Origin: a virus
Taxonomy: Duplodnaviria > Caudoviricetes
Direction: 5' to 3' (one strand)
DNA length: 32,802 bases
Virus record (IMG/VR): IMGVR_UViG_3300005326_000734
Location: 1-32,802 of that record
Each line of letters begins with the position of its first letter. The stretch's first letter is position 1. The notes below the pieces were generated by a model. That model saw only the letters and a program-made list of their open reading frames with translations, was not told the DNA's origin and did no database searches. A program made the position numbers and the translations under genes. Shown here in pieces: positions 8,629-17,506 of this stretch.

Positions 8629-8955
8629 ATGAATCCAGATACCGGACACCTAATCAACTTGAGCAGTGCAACGGGTAGAGACCAATTCAAGGGGTTCGGA
8701 GCGCCGGAAGGCATTGGAGAACTGAAAGCATTGGCCAGAGACGCGGGATACCTGCCGGTACCCAAGAAACTTCAAACTGCGGCCGAAAAGAAACTGGCCG
8801 GTAAAGACGAAGCGCATGTAAGCCTAACATCCGGCGGGAAGTTGTCCAAATGGGCTGCGAAGAAGCGGAAACAAGGCAGGGTTGCCAAAGCCCGGAAACA
8901 GCAGCACCGGAAAGAGATGGGCCAGGAATCTAAACGCAGGAACCGGGCCAGCTGA
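8629..8955 (+). CDS. Hypothetical basic phage protein
   Basis: GGGGGTG RBS; Lys/Arg-rich C-terminus. Confidence 0.65.
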   Translation: MNPDTGHLINLSSATGRDQFKGFGAPEGIGELKALARDAGYLPVPKKLQTAAEKKLAGKDEAHVSLTSGGKLSKWAAKKRKQGRVAKARKQQHRKEMGQESKRRNRAS

Positions 8956-9002
8956 GCGAGAGGAGGAAGCAGCACCATCGGAGGATTCTGATATCACTCA
9001 CG

Positions 9003-9440
9003 ATGGAAGAAGGGATACAAGTGAACTGCTCTACCAGACAAACACAGTTGGAGAACGCACTCAAGGTTGCGGGCAAAATCCTCGACCAAGTATGCGGCTG
9101 CCCGAATTACTTTGGCCGCGTTCGATGGAAAAAGTGCAGTGAATTGTGTACCGATGAAATCGACGAAACGACCGCGGTCGCCTGCTGGTGTGACCACTTG
9201 CTTGAGGCGGCCCTGGAAGGGAGGGGGGATAAGGTGAATCTCTATATTGGAATGGTGGACGCATGGGGGCCGAACTGTATGGTGGAAAACTGTGGCGTTT
9301 CCGTGCCTCCATCGATACGGATAGTCGAAATACCATTATCACCAGAACAGATCGAGCAGCTACAACCGAGAAAAGTGGGCACAAATGCCGGTCGGGATAT
9401 TTATGAAACTCCTCAACTTCTCTGTATTCAGCTCGATTGA
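9003..9440 (+). CDS. Hypothetical phage protein (possibly two genes fused in frame)
   Basis: Cys-rich N-terminal half; internal RBS and in-frame GTG at 9234. Confidence 0.5.
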   Translation: MEEGIQVNCSTRQTQLENALKVAGKILDQVCGCPNYFGRVRWKKCSELCTDEIDETTAVACWCDHLLEAALEGRGDKVNLYIGMVDAWGPNCMVENCGVSVPPSIRIVEIPLSPEQIEQLQPRKVGTNAGRDIYETPQLLCIQLD

Positions 9441-9564
9441 AGGGGGAGGGGGGTAACCCCCGGCACCGGCCAGCACCGGGGGCTTGAGGAGGGTCTACCC
9501 AAATAGTACCAGCCGTTCCTGTCAATTCCAACCTGATTCAGTGTACAGAAAGGGGGTGAAACGA

Positions 9565-10089
9565 TTGGCACCAAGAGCGCTTTTGCGCAGGGGGATCGAG
9601 AAGGCAGCCGGCACCCACCAGGAAGCGGCCCGGCGGGTCAACTACAGCAAGGAAATGATGTCCAAGGTTCTGGCCGGGGAACGTAACATAGCCCCGGATG
9701 TGGCCGGGAAACTTTCGGGGATGCACCTTATAGCGGGACTGGCCATAGCCCAGGAATTGACCGGGTACCTCTGGTTCCGGTACATCGACGGGGACCGGCA
9801 CCCGCAGAATCTGCTCCAGCGGGCATTGAAAGAGGACCATGAGGCAGACATTTTGATCAACCAAGCGGGGGCAAGGCTCATTGACAAGGCTGGACCGGAA
9901 GACCTGACGCCGGAAGATATGACCTTCCTGCAGGCGGCAGCCAAGGAACTCAGCGACGAAATCACGGCCAGCATAAATCTCCTCATCGAACTTGAGGACC
10001 GGTACAAACTCGGGCTCCTTGGGTACCTGACCGGACAGAAAGAAAAAACCCAGGCCGTTGCAGAGGCCAGGGCAAGTTACAACTTCTAA
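9565..10089 (+). CDS. Phage regulatory protein with an N-terminal XRE-like HTH
   Basis: THQEAARRVNYSKEMMSKVLAGERNI; GGGGGTG RBS with TTG at 9565 (or GTG at 9556). Confidence 0.7.
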   Translation: MAPRALLRRGIEKAAGTHQEAARRVNYSKEMMSKVLAGERNIAPDVAGKLSGMHLIAGLAIAQELTGYLWFRYIDGDRHPQNLLQRALKEDHEADILINQAGARLIDKAGPEDLTPEDMTFLQAAAKELSDEITASINLLIELEDRYKLGLLGYLTGQKEKTQAVAEARASYNF

Positions 10090-10122
10090 CCCGATTTTAA
10101 CACACGGAAGCGAGGTTTAACA

Positions 10123-10431
10123 ATGAAAGCAACTGAATTAATCGGCAAAAAGGCCATCCGGACTGCGCCAACAAAGGAACATGGTGACTTCAGTTACACC
10201 AACGAACCCGTAGAGATCGTTGCCGCTACAAATACTCATGTTCTGATGAAAAATATCGGCTGGAAAAAGAAGATATATGGAGATGACGTTCACGTTTTGA
10301 ATTCTACCTTCTGCGACGACAACTGGACTGACTACGACGAGTTGATAGGCCTTGTGAAGCCCGAACCGGAGCCATTCCGGGTAGTCACAACCGCAGATTT
10401 CCTGCACTTCACCAGACGGAGGGCCGCCTGA
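10123..10431 (+). CDS. Hypothetical phage protein
   Basis: GAGG RBS; TGATG coupling to the next ORF. Confidence 0.7.
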   Translation: MKATELIGKKAIRTAPTKEHGDFSYTNEPVEIVAATNTHVLMKNIGWKKKIYGDDVHVLNSTFCDDNWTDYDELIGLVKPEPEPFRVVTTADFLHFTRRRAA

Positions 10432-10691
10432 TGAACAAGATTCTCGAAGTCATAGATGCCGTGAAGGCAGCAAGGGAAACCACAAAGGAACTCATGAGCA
10501 TCAACTGCATCGTCATCACAAATACGCATGCAGATATAATGGTCAAATCCATCCGGGACCTTGATCAGATACCGGGGCCGATGGAACTCAATTCCTGCCG
10601 CGCATGGAAAGAGTTCGGCGGGGTCACGTTTTCCTACCTGCACGCGGGCGAAGGGACCGGGGAGGAGATCTCGGAAGCAGTGAATCAGTGA
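10431..10691 (+). CDS. Hypothetical phage protein
   Basis: Start overlaps the upstream stop; GGAGG RBS. Confidence 0.65.
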   Translation: MNKILEVIDAVKAARETTKELMSINCIVITNTHADIMVKSIRDLDQIPGPMELNSCRAWKEFGGVTFSYLHAGEGTGEEISEAVNQ

Positions 10692-10697
10692 AAGAGG

Positions 10698-10857
10698 GCT
10701 GGCCTGTCCGCGACGATTGGGTGGGGGCAAGTGCGTGAGGACATGACGATGAGGTTCACCGAGCCGTAAACCCGGAGGGTGCCAACACGCGGTGACGAGA
10801 TTCGCAAGGGGGCCGGTGTAAGCTAGGAGGATAGCTACGGCTAGGCGGCAGGCTGGC
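10698..10857 (+). ncRNA. Putative structured RNA domain 0
   Basis: Ends pair over 13 bp with one bulge (GCTGGCCTG-t-CCGC / GCGGCAGGCTGGC). Internal GCGTG/CACGC and GGCCG..AGCTA-ggagga-TAGCT..CGGCT stems. No credible ORF. Confidence 0.4.
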
Positions 10858-10873
10858 AAACCGAAATCAACTA

Positions 10874-11044
10874 TGCGTCCTGCGGCGTGGATAGACACGC
10901 ACGGAGAACGTGGTCCAGGGACCGGAGGGAGTCGCGGGGTGTAAGGCCCGCGTGAAAGAGGTCGGGAGGGTAAGACTCAGGCCCGAAGTTCACCCCGAAG
11001 GGCGGAAACACCTGGAAGCCGGTAACCAACCCGGCCAGGACGCA
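10874..11044 (+). ncRNA. tRNA-like scaffold RNA 1 with a large structured insert
   Basis: Acceptor-like TGCGTCCTG/CAGGACGCA; D-arm-like GCGTG-gataga-CACGC; T-arm-like GCCGG-taaccaac-CCGGC; TCCAGG/CCTGGA stem enclosing about 90 nt of hairpins. Confidence 0.6.
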
Positions 11045-11051
11045 ATTATTT

Positions 11052-11239
11052 TGCAGGGCGGCGGCGTGGCGATATGACATGCGAATCGAGCATAGGAGAA
11101 CTTGTCCGGTGTAGCGATACGGTGCGGGCAAGACCGTCCAGATGAGTATGGTAAGACGGGCGGATAAGATGTAAAACGAGGCGTTGCTCATTCCACGCCT
11201 ATCCTATGCGTAGCCGGGGCAGGACCGGCCCGCCCTGCA
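11052..11239 (+). ncRNA. tRNA-like scaffold RNA 2 with a large structured insert
   Basis: TGCAGGGCGG/CCGCCCTGCA; GCGTG-gcgatatga-CATGC; GCCGG-ggcagga-CCGGC; GCATAGGA/TCCTATGC stem enclosing three hairpins. Confidence 0.6.
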
Positions 11240-11262
11240 TCAATTTTGAAAGGAGGCATATC

Positions 11263-11424
11263 ATGCCCGAATGTGCAAAATGCGGGGAAGAAAAGCCGAT
11301 GCTTTACAGTTTTTACACTACTCTCCCCGACAAAAAGGGGAAGCCCACGACAAGTAGTTACGCCCTGTGTGACAAGTGCCTCAAAGAGGCCGAAAACAAA
11401 GAAGTCAGGAGGGTAAGATCATGA
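11263..11424 (+). CDS. Small zinc-finger phage protein
   Basis: AAGGAGG RBS; CAKC...CDKC. Confidence 0.7.
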   Translation: MPECAKCGEEKPMLYSFYTTLPDKKGKPTTSSYALCDKCLKEAENKEVRRVRS

Positions 11425-11768
11425 CAAATGAGACCAGGATCGGCAGATTGGAAACTCTGCCGAATGAGATCGAAAATGCCGAAAGGCATGTCATCGAACT
11501 CGCCAAAACGGTGGACAAGGCCCGGGATACCCTGAAGGAGAAGGAAAACGCGATTATCCTTGGCGAGATTTCTGGAATGGAACTGACCGGAAAGAACGCT
11601 GAGACCCGGGCGGCCCAAATGAAGGGCTTCACAGAGGTAGAGCGCGACCAGCTGCGTCAGGCCGAAGAGGAGTTGGCAAACTACCGGGTGAGGTACAACC
11701 GGCTGCTGAACGACTTTTCCGCGCTCAGGGCGATTGCCCGTATTCTTGCCGGCCGGGAGGTGGCTTAA
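11421..11768 (+). CDS. Coiled-coil phage protein at the head of the recombination module
   Basis: AGGAGG RBS; ATGA overlap; heptad-rich helical sequence. Confidence 0.7.
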   Translation: MTNETRIGRLETLPNEIENAERHVIELAKTVDKARDTLKEKENAIILGEISGMELTGKNAETRAAQMKGFTEVERDQLRQAEEELANYRVRYNRLLNDFSALRAIARILAGREVA

Positions 11769-11769
11769 G

Positions 11770-12771
11770 GTGGCTGTACCGGAACAAAATCTTGTAGTGG
11801 CTGAGATAAATAATTACCCGGAGGTTAAATTTAACCGCCTCTTCCCTTGCACGCTGACCCAGCTTTCACCCCTGCATAAGGTTATGGTGAACGTGGTACA
11901 GATTGACCCTGACAGTGAAAGCGATGTTTACGACCAGAAAAGCGGCAGGGGCGTTTCCCTTACGAAAATTTCCTGCTTGAAGCTGATGACCGCAGCCAAT
12001 GTGATCATGGAGGAAAGCAAGCCGATCCTACCGTCCGCCTGTCAACGGTGCGTAGAAGTGGCCAGGATGACGAAAACGGCGCCGCAGTGCGGAGGGTGCC
12101 CAACAAAACAGGATGTAGCTTATCAGATTTCCATTCTGGTGCCGGAACCGTCAGGAGGATACCGACGGTATGTTGCAACCAAGGAAGTAAACAAGGCGAA
12201 CTATAAGGGGTTGCCTGAACATATGGCCGCTCAGTGCGAGACAAAGGCCCTCTTGCGGGCGCTAAGGGCAGGTCTGGGCATCAAGGGGAGTTATACCAAG
12301 ACAGAACTAAAGAAGCCTTTTGCGGTGGCTCTGGTGGTGCTGAACACTACCGACCCGGAACTGAAGGCAGCGCTGATAAGCCGGTACGCTGCCGGCAGGG
12401 ATGCACTCTTCAGTGCTCCACAGGCTCAACAACTTCCGGCCGGGGATACAAAGACGTTAGTTAGTGGTCAAACGGTGGATTTATCCACCGGCGAGGTTCT
12501 AAACAGCACTGAGCATGTCACGAGTGACGATGATGAACCGCCGACCTTGGGGACCGAAGCACCGTCGTTTGATTTACCGGACGATGAGCCGCCCACACCG
12601 AAGTGCCAGGACTGTGGAGAACCGGTACAGGCATGGAAGGATAACAAGCAAAAAGAGTGGTCCATTGAAGATACCGTGACCTTCACTCAGGAAAAGCTTA
12701 AGGGAACATTCTGTCATATATGCGCCTTTGAACGGATAAAGGCCTTGGCGCAGCAACGGAAGGGGGCGTAA
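11770..12771 (+). CDS. Putative single-strand annealing protein (RecT/Red-beta-like)
   Basis: ETKALLRALRAGLGIKGSYTKTEL resembles the RecT/Red-beta core end; acidic linker; C-terminal CxxC...CxxC; lies next to an exonuclease. Confidence 0.55.
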   Translation: MAVPEQNLVVAEINNYPEVKFNRLFPCTLTQLSPLHKVMVNVVQIDPDSESDVYDQKSGRGVSLTKISCLKLMTAANVIMEESKPILPSACQRCVEVARMTKTAPQCGGCPTKQDVAYQISILVPEPSGGYRRYVATKEVNKANYKGLPEHMAAQCETKALLRALRAGLGIKGSYTKTELKKPFAVALVVLNTTDPELKAALISRYAAGRDALFSAPQAQQLPAGDTKTLVSGQTVDLSTGEVLNSTEHVTSDDDEPPTLGTEAPSFDLPDDEPPTPKCQDCGEPVQAWKDNKQKEWSIEDTVTFTQEKLKGTFCHICAFERIKALAQQRKGA

Positions 12772-12773
12772 CC

Positions 12774-15700
12774 GTGAAGTTACTATCAACAGCGGATTGG
12801 CACCTCGGGGAATTCCCAGGACCGGTTGTAAACGGTGAAAACGCCCGCCTACTTGATACTGTCCGCTGCATTGACTTCCTGGTGCAAAAGGCTGAAGAAG
12901 AACAGCCAGACGCGATCCTGATAGCTGGCGACCTTTTTCATAAGAGCCAGCAGTGGGCGAATCCGATGCTGAACCTTATCGATATTGCTGTTTCCAGGCT
13001 GCGGCGCCTTGCCGCTATAGCCCCAACTGTCCTTATGTATGGGACCTCAAACCACGATAACCTGCAAGCCTTTGAGAATATTATGTCCATGCGTATTGAC
13101 AACCTCATCGTTATGACAACCCCCTTTTTATTTAACCTTGATACCAAGTCCGGGCCGCTGCAAGTCGCGGCGGCACCGGGCCTTGACAAAAACCATTTTC
13201 GCACACTCTACCCCGGCATGGATCCGGCAGAGGAAAACCAAAAATGCAGTGAGCTCCTGGGGGATATCGTCCTGGGCCTTGGTGCGCAGATCGATCCTTC
13301 TATTCCCTCGGTCCTCATGGCTCACTACAGCGTTGCTGGATGCGAACTGGACAACGGGCAGCAGCATATCTTCACGCAGAACGAGGTCATTCTCCCGCGT
13401 GAGGCTATTGCCGCCAGCCCGTTTGATTTGGTATGCCTGGGGCACATCCATAAGGCGCAGGACGTTCAGGGATGCGGCATACCGACATTCTACAGCGGCC
13501 CCCTGAACGGACTGACGTTCAACGAGGAGGGACAAGAAAAGGGGTTTTGGCTACATGAAATTGAGGATGATGTATTTGGTCCTCATTGTGCAGCGCATCT
13601 CTCCCGCTTCATCAAAACCCCCTCCCGCGAGTTCTTAACCCAACAGTGGGATGAACAGAATATTGAAACCTTCCTATCTTATCAGGGCGAGAATCCTACC
13701 TGGTTACTTGGGACAATAGTCAAAGATAAAACCGTCCGCGTCCATTACTCCTGCTCCGACGAACTAAACAAACAACTTAACCGCAAGGCCCTGGAGAAAG
13801 AATTGTATGCCGCCGGCGCCTTCTATGTGGCCGAGATTAAACCGGTTCAGATTAATACTGCACTGACCAAACAGGAGATGACCGAGAACGCCGGACCGTT
13901 GGATAACCTGCGGAACTGGTGCAGGGCGCAGGGATTTACCCCGGAGGATACACTGAAACTGGAAATGCTGGCCAGGCCGCTGATTGACATGGTGAGCGCA
14001 AGGCAGCCCTCCGGTAAGTTATCCGGTGTATTTGTGCCGCGAAAACTTAGGGTGAAAAATTACCGGTCGTATCGGGAGGCTTCCTTTGACTTCGACCCCG
14101 TTACCTTCGCCGTGGTCAACGGCCCTAATGGAGTGGGCAAGTCGGCCCTGTTCATGGACGCAATCAGCGATTGCCTTTATGAGGAGCCCCGGGAGGGCGA
14201 AATCACGGGATGGATTACCAACGGGGAAAAGTCCGGAATGGTCGATTTTGAGTTTTCCATGGGTGAAAACATTTGGCAGGTGATCAGGACCAGGGCCCGG
14301 AGCGGCAAAACTACGCTGGCGCTTCAGGAGTTAGTGGGCGATCCAGAATTGGTTCACACTTGGACGGACAGGAGCGCGGAAAGGGTAAAAGACACGCAGG
14401 ACAAAATTGTCGCCCTCCTGGGCATGGATGCCCTGACCTTTCGCTGTTGCGGCATCATTATGCAGGATGCATATGGGCTCTTCCTGGAGGCTGACCGCGA
14501 GGACCGTATGAGTGTCCTGGGCAATATCCTGGGCCTTGGGATATACGAGCAGCTTGAGGAATTAGCAAAGAAGCAGGTAACGGAAGTAAACCGGGAACTG
14601 CAAAAGGCAAAGGATAAGCTGGCGGAACTGGATGAAAAATTGAAGGCGAAGCCGGGACTTGAAACGGAATTGGCGCAGGTTGGCGCCGAGATTGCCCGGA
14701 CAACTGGAGATATTGCCGGCAAGGAGGCCGAGCTGAAAGAGGCTGAGGAGTTGGTACGGTCTCTTGAAGCGAAGGCTCAGAAAGCGGAGGAACTGCGGCA
14801 GCAGATTGAGGCTCTGGCCAGCGAGATAACTTCGAAGGAAACTGAACGCCAAAAACAACAGGAGCAGCTTGATAAGGCAAATGCCATGCTTATCAGAGAA
14901 GATGAAATCGAGGCCAAAGCCGCTGAATACGAGCAGGTCAAACAAACGGTGGCTGTCCTCCAGGCAAAGGCTCCCAGACTGCAAGAACTGAACCTTGAGG
15001 AGGGCCGGATCGGACAGGAGATTTCCCGGACGGATGCAGCCATGAGAAAACTTGTCCCTCAAATCAAGGAAGCCGAGGACCTTCTGAAAGACCGGTTGGA
15101 ACTGGAGAAGGCGGCGGCGCAGTACCAGGAAGCAATCAGGGAAGATGAGAGACTAAATGAGTTGGCCAAAAAGGACAATGCGCTCCGCGAGAAGGTCATG
15201 GAGATTGAACGGGTTACTGATAAATCCGGAGACGCTATTGTAAATGATAGGCGGCGCCTTAGTGATCTCATGGAGAAAGCGGCAATGCTCCTGGATTCCG
15301 GATGCCTTGATCCTGAAAAAGCCGCCTGCGCTTTTCTGGCCGATGCCCAAGAGAGTAAAAAGCAGATACCGGAGTTGGAGAAATCCATAGCGCAGCAGGA
15401 AAAAGAAAGGAATGTGCTACTTGAAAAGGTGGCTGCCCTCGATGCGGAAAGTGAAGCCTTTGGTTATGATCGCGAAAAACACTTTGAGGCCAGGGAGAAA
15501 ATAAAGACCCTCCGTCCCAAAGCGGAGAAGGCCGCGCAGTTGGAGGTGAAAGCTGAACTCCTTGAAACTCTTCAAGGACAGAAACAGCAGCATGAGGGCC
15601 AAAAAGCCAACCTGGTCAAGCAGATAGAAAAGGTTCAGGCCAACGCCCTGGCTCTTACTAACGAACTGGCACCGCTGGCCAGCATGGAAGCACGTCTCCC

Positions 15701-16580
15701 GAAGCTGGAAGCCTGGGTTAAGGCGAAGGATGCGCTGCCGGCGGCGAGGCAGATTGTGGTCACTGCGATCGAGCGGATCGCGGCACTGGATACGGAGATA
15801 GCAGATAAGGAGGAGCAGGGCAAAGCTTTTGAACAGAAGAGGCAGATGCTTCTGACTAAGGCGGTCAAATTGAACGAGGCTAGGCTCAACGTTTTGACTT
15901 GCCGGGACCTTATCGATGCGCACCGTGAACTGCAAAACACGCTCCACATCAAACAAGGCGGCCTGAAAGCGAAGCTTGAAACCCTAGTTGCGGACGAAGA
16001 GGAACGCAAGCAGACAGCTGAAACGATGGTGCCGACAGCCGCAACGCTGACACGGTATCAGACCCTTGCGAAAGCCTTCGGGCAAGATGGAATACCTTTC
16101 TCCATTGTCCGGACTGTGGTACCGGAACTATCCGCCCAGGCAAATGAAATCCTCGGGCAAATGACAGGCGGGAAAATGAGCCTGGAGATGCGCACAGAGA
16201 GAATCCAGAAGAGCAATAAGAAGGAAGTCAATGCCCTGGAGATATTCATAACTGACTATCAATGGGGGACGATGCCCTACAGGAGCAGGAGCGGCGGCCA
16301 GAAGGTGCGCGCTGCGCTCAGTGTAGCCTTTGCTCTGGCTGAACTTAAAGCGGCGAGAGCCGGGATAAGGCTGGGGATGCTCTTTGTCGATGAGCCGAGT
16401 TTCCTGGATCAGCAGGGTTCTGATGTTTATTGTGATGCCCTGGAGGCAATAGTTGACAGGTACGCTGGCATGAAGGTTATAGCAATTAGTCACGACCCAA
16501 GGATGCAAGCCAGGTTCCCACAGGTGATCGACGTTGAGGACTGCGGCGAAGCGGGCAGCAAGGTAAGGCTGGTCGCCTAA
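12774..16580 (+). CDS. Fused SbcD/Mre11 nuclease and SbcC/Rad50 ATPase
   Basis: DWHLG, AGDLFH, SNHD and LGHIH phosphoesterase motifs; Walker A GPNGVGKS; long coiled coil; signature SGGQK; Walker B LFVDE; ISHD. Confidence 0.92.
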   Translation: MKLLSTADWHLGEFPGPVVNGENARLLDTVRCIDFLVQKAEEEQPDAILIAGDLFHKSQQWANPMLNLIDIAVSRLRRLAAIAPTVLMYGTSNHDNLQAFENIMSMRIDNLIVMTTPFLFNLDTKSGPLQVAAAPGLDKNHFRTLYPGMDPAEENQKCSELLGDIVLGLGAQIDPSIPSVLMAHYSVAGCELDNGQQHIFTQNEVILPREAIAASPFDLVCLGHIHKAQDVQGCGIPTFYSGPLNGLTFNEEGQEKGFWLHEIEDDVFGPHCAAHLSRFIKTPSREFLTQQWDEQNIETFLSYQGENPTWLLGTIVKDKTVRVHYSCSDELNKQLNRKALEKELYAAGAFYVAEIKPVQINTALTKQEMTENAGPLDNLRNWCRAQGFTPEDTLKLEMLARPLIDMVSARQPSGKLSGVFVPRKLRVKNYRSYREASFDFDPVTFAVVNGPNGVGKSALFMDAISDCLYEEPREGEITGWITNGEKSGMVDFEFSMGENIWQVIRTRARSGKTTLALQELVGDPELVHTWTDRSAERVKDTQDKIVALLGMDALTFRCCGIIMQDAYGLFLEADREDRMSVLGNILGLGIYEQLEELAKKQVTEVNRELQKAKDKLAELDEKLKAKPGLETELAQVGAEIARTTGDIAGKEAELKEAEELVRSLEAKAQKAEELRQQIEALASEITSKETERQKQQEQLDKANAMLIREDEIEAKAAEYEQVKQTVAVLQAKAPRLQELNLEEGRIGQEISRTDAAMRKLVPQIKEAEDLLKDRLELEKAAAQYQEAIREDERLNELAKKDNALREKVMEIERVTDKSGDAIVNDRRRLSDLMEKAAMLLDSGCLDPEKAACAFLADAQESKKQIPELEKSIAQQEKERNVLLEKVAALDAESEAFGYDREKHFEAREKIKTLRPKAEKAAQLEVKAELLETLQGQKQQHEGQKANLVKQIEKVQANALALTNELAPLASMEARLPKLEAWVKAKDALPAARQIVVTAIERIAALDTEIADKEEQGKAFEQKRQMLLTKAVKLNEARLNVLTCRDLIDAHRELQNTLHIKQGGLKAKLETLVADEEERKQTAETMVPTAATLTRYQTLAKAFGQDGIPFSIVRTVVPELSAQANEILGQMTGGKMSLEMRTERIQKSNKKEVNALEIFITDYQWGTMPYRSRSGGQKVRAALSVAFALAELKAARAGIRLGMLFVDEPSFLDQQGSDVYCDALEAIVDRYAGMKVIAISHDPRMQARFPQVIDVEDCGEAGSKVRLVA

Positions 16581-16601
16581 CCAAGAAAGAGGAATCCCTA
16601 T

Positions 16602-16802
16602 ATGTTAACCATCGACAAAGCCCTGGAATTGGAATCTAAGGAAGAGTTGCTGAACGAGTTAAAGGAGCATGTCAGAGTAAGAGACACGATGGGCGGGGCT
16701 TTATACTGGAATGTTGTAAATGACGAATGCCGCCAGATAGCCCGTAGGTGCGCGGCATTAGGGGCAGACGGGGCAGAAATTGAACAAATCTTAAATAGCT
16801 AA
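16602..16802 (+). CDS. Hypothetical phage protein
   Basis: AGAGG RBS; lies within the operon. Confidence 0.6.
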   Translation: MLTIDKALELESKEELLNELKEHVRVRDTMGGALYWNVVNDECRQIARRCAALGADGAEIEQILNS

Positions 16803-16848
16803 CAGCCAGGCGGGGGGGCACAACCCCCGCCCCAAGGGAGGAAGGAGA

Positions 16849-17235
16849 ATGCGGGAAATAAAGTTTCGTTGTTGGGATAAGAAGGAACGCCGCATGGAGC
16901 GGGTCATTAGTTTATTCTGGGATGATTTCGGAAAAATAACTCTTGTTTTGCTGGAAGGGTATGACGAACCCCATCATATCGACGATGTTGAACTCCTCCA
17001 GTTCATTGGCCGCCGCGATCGCAACGGTGAGGAGTTATACAAAGGAGACCTTATCCGGGATGGCGGGAACCGAATTCTTGAAGTGTTTTGGAATGAGTTC
17101 GTCAACGGGTGGTGGTTCGCGGAGTATCGGGCGGATGGCGTTTACCACGTCGAGGGGATTGACCTGACCAGCATTGAGAAGGTCGGAAACATCTTCGAGA
17201 ACCGCAATCTGCTGGGGGTGACGCCTGATGCCTAG
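16849..17235 (+). CDS. YopX-family phage protein
   Basis: MREIKFRCWD...LLQFIGRRDRNGEELYKGDLI...VGNIFEN signature. Confidence 0.88.
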   Translation: MREIKFRCWDKKERRMERVISLFWDDFGKITLVLLEGYDEPHHIDDVELLQFIGRRDRNGEELYKGDLIRDGGNRILEVFWNEFVNGWWFAEYRADGVYHVEGIDLTSIEKVGNIFENRNLLGVTPDA

Positions 17236-17504
17236 ATACGTTGCCAAGTGCGGCAAAGCATACGAAGGCCGCGAAGGCGATACAAAAAAGGTTTACGATG
17301 TTCTGTTTGAGACTGACAAACCAATACATTTCCACGGGGAAAAAGAGCCAAAGAAGATCGACCCGCCAGAAGGGTGCGATCCGAAATGCTTACATCGGCG
17401 GCGTCCCCAACACTATATGTTCGTAACTGAAGAAAAGGGGATCGAGCATGTAAACGGCTGGCGGTGCAAATTCGTGAGGGAGGATGAGGTGACGCCTGAT
17501 GCCT
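17217..17504 (+). repeat. 17-bp direct repeat at two consecutive gene junctions
   Basis: GGTGACGCCTGATGCCT at 17217-17233 and 17488-17504. Confidence 0.85.
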
Positions 17505-17506
17505 GA
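17228..17506 (+). CDS. Hypothetical phage protein
   Basis: Translationally coupled ORF bounded by the 17-bp repeats. Confidence 0.65.
   Translation: MPRYVAKCGKAYEGREGDTKKVYDVLFETDKPIHFHGEKEPKKIDPPEGCDPKCLHRRRPQHYMFVTEEKGIEHVNGWRCKFVREDEVTPDA

Noticed and set aside
10874-11239. Canonical tRNAs, group I intron-containing tRNAs, tmRNA or a CRISPR array
   Set aside because: No TTC T-loop, anticodon loop or CCA. Inserts are too short and show no recognisable group I core. No tag ORF and no identical repeats with spacers.
16808-16831. GC-rich hairpin as a terminator
   Set aside because: The stem is real but has no U-tract on either strand; function unsupported.
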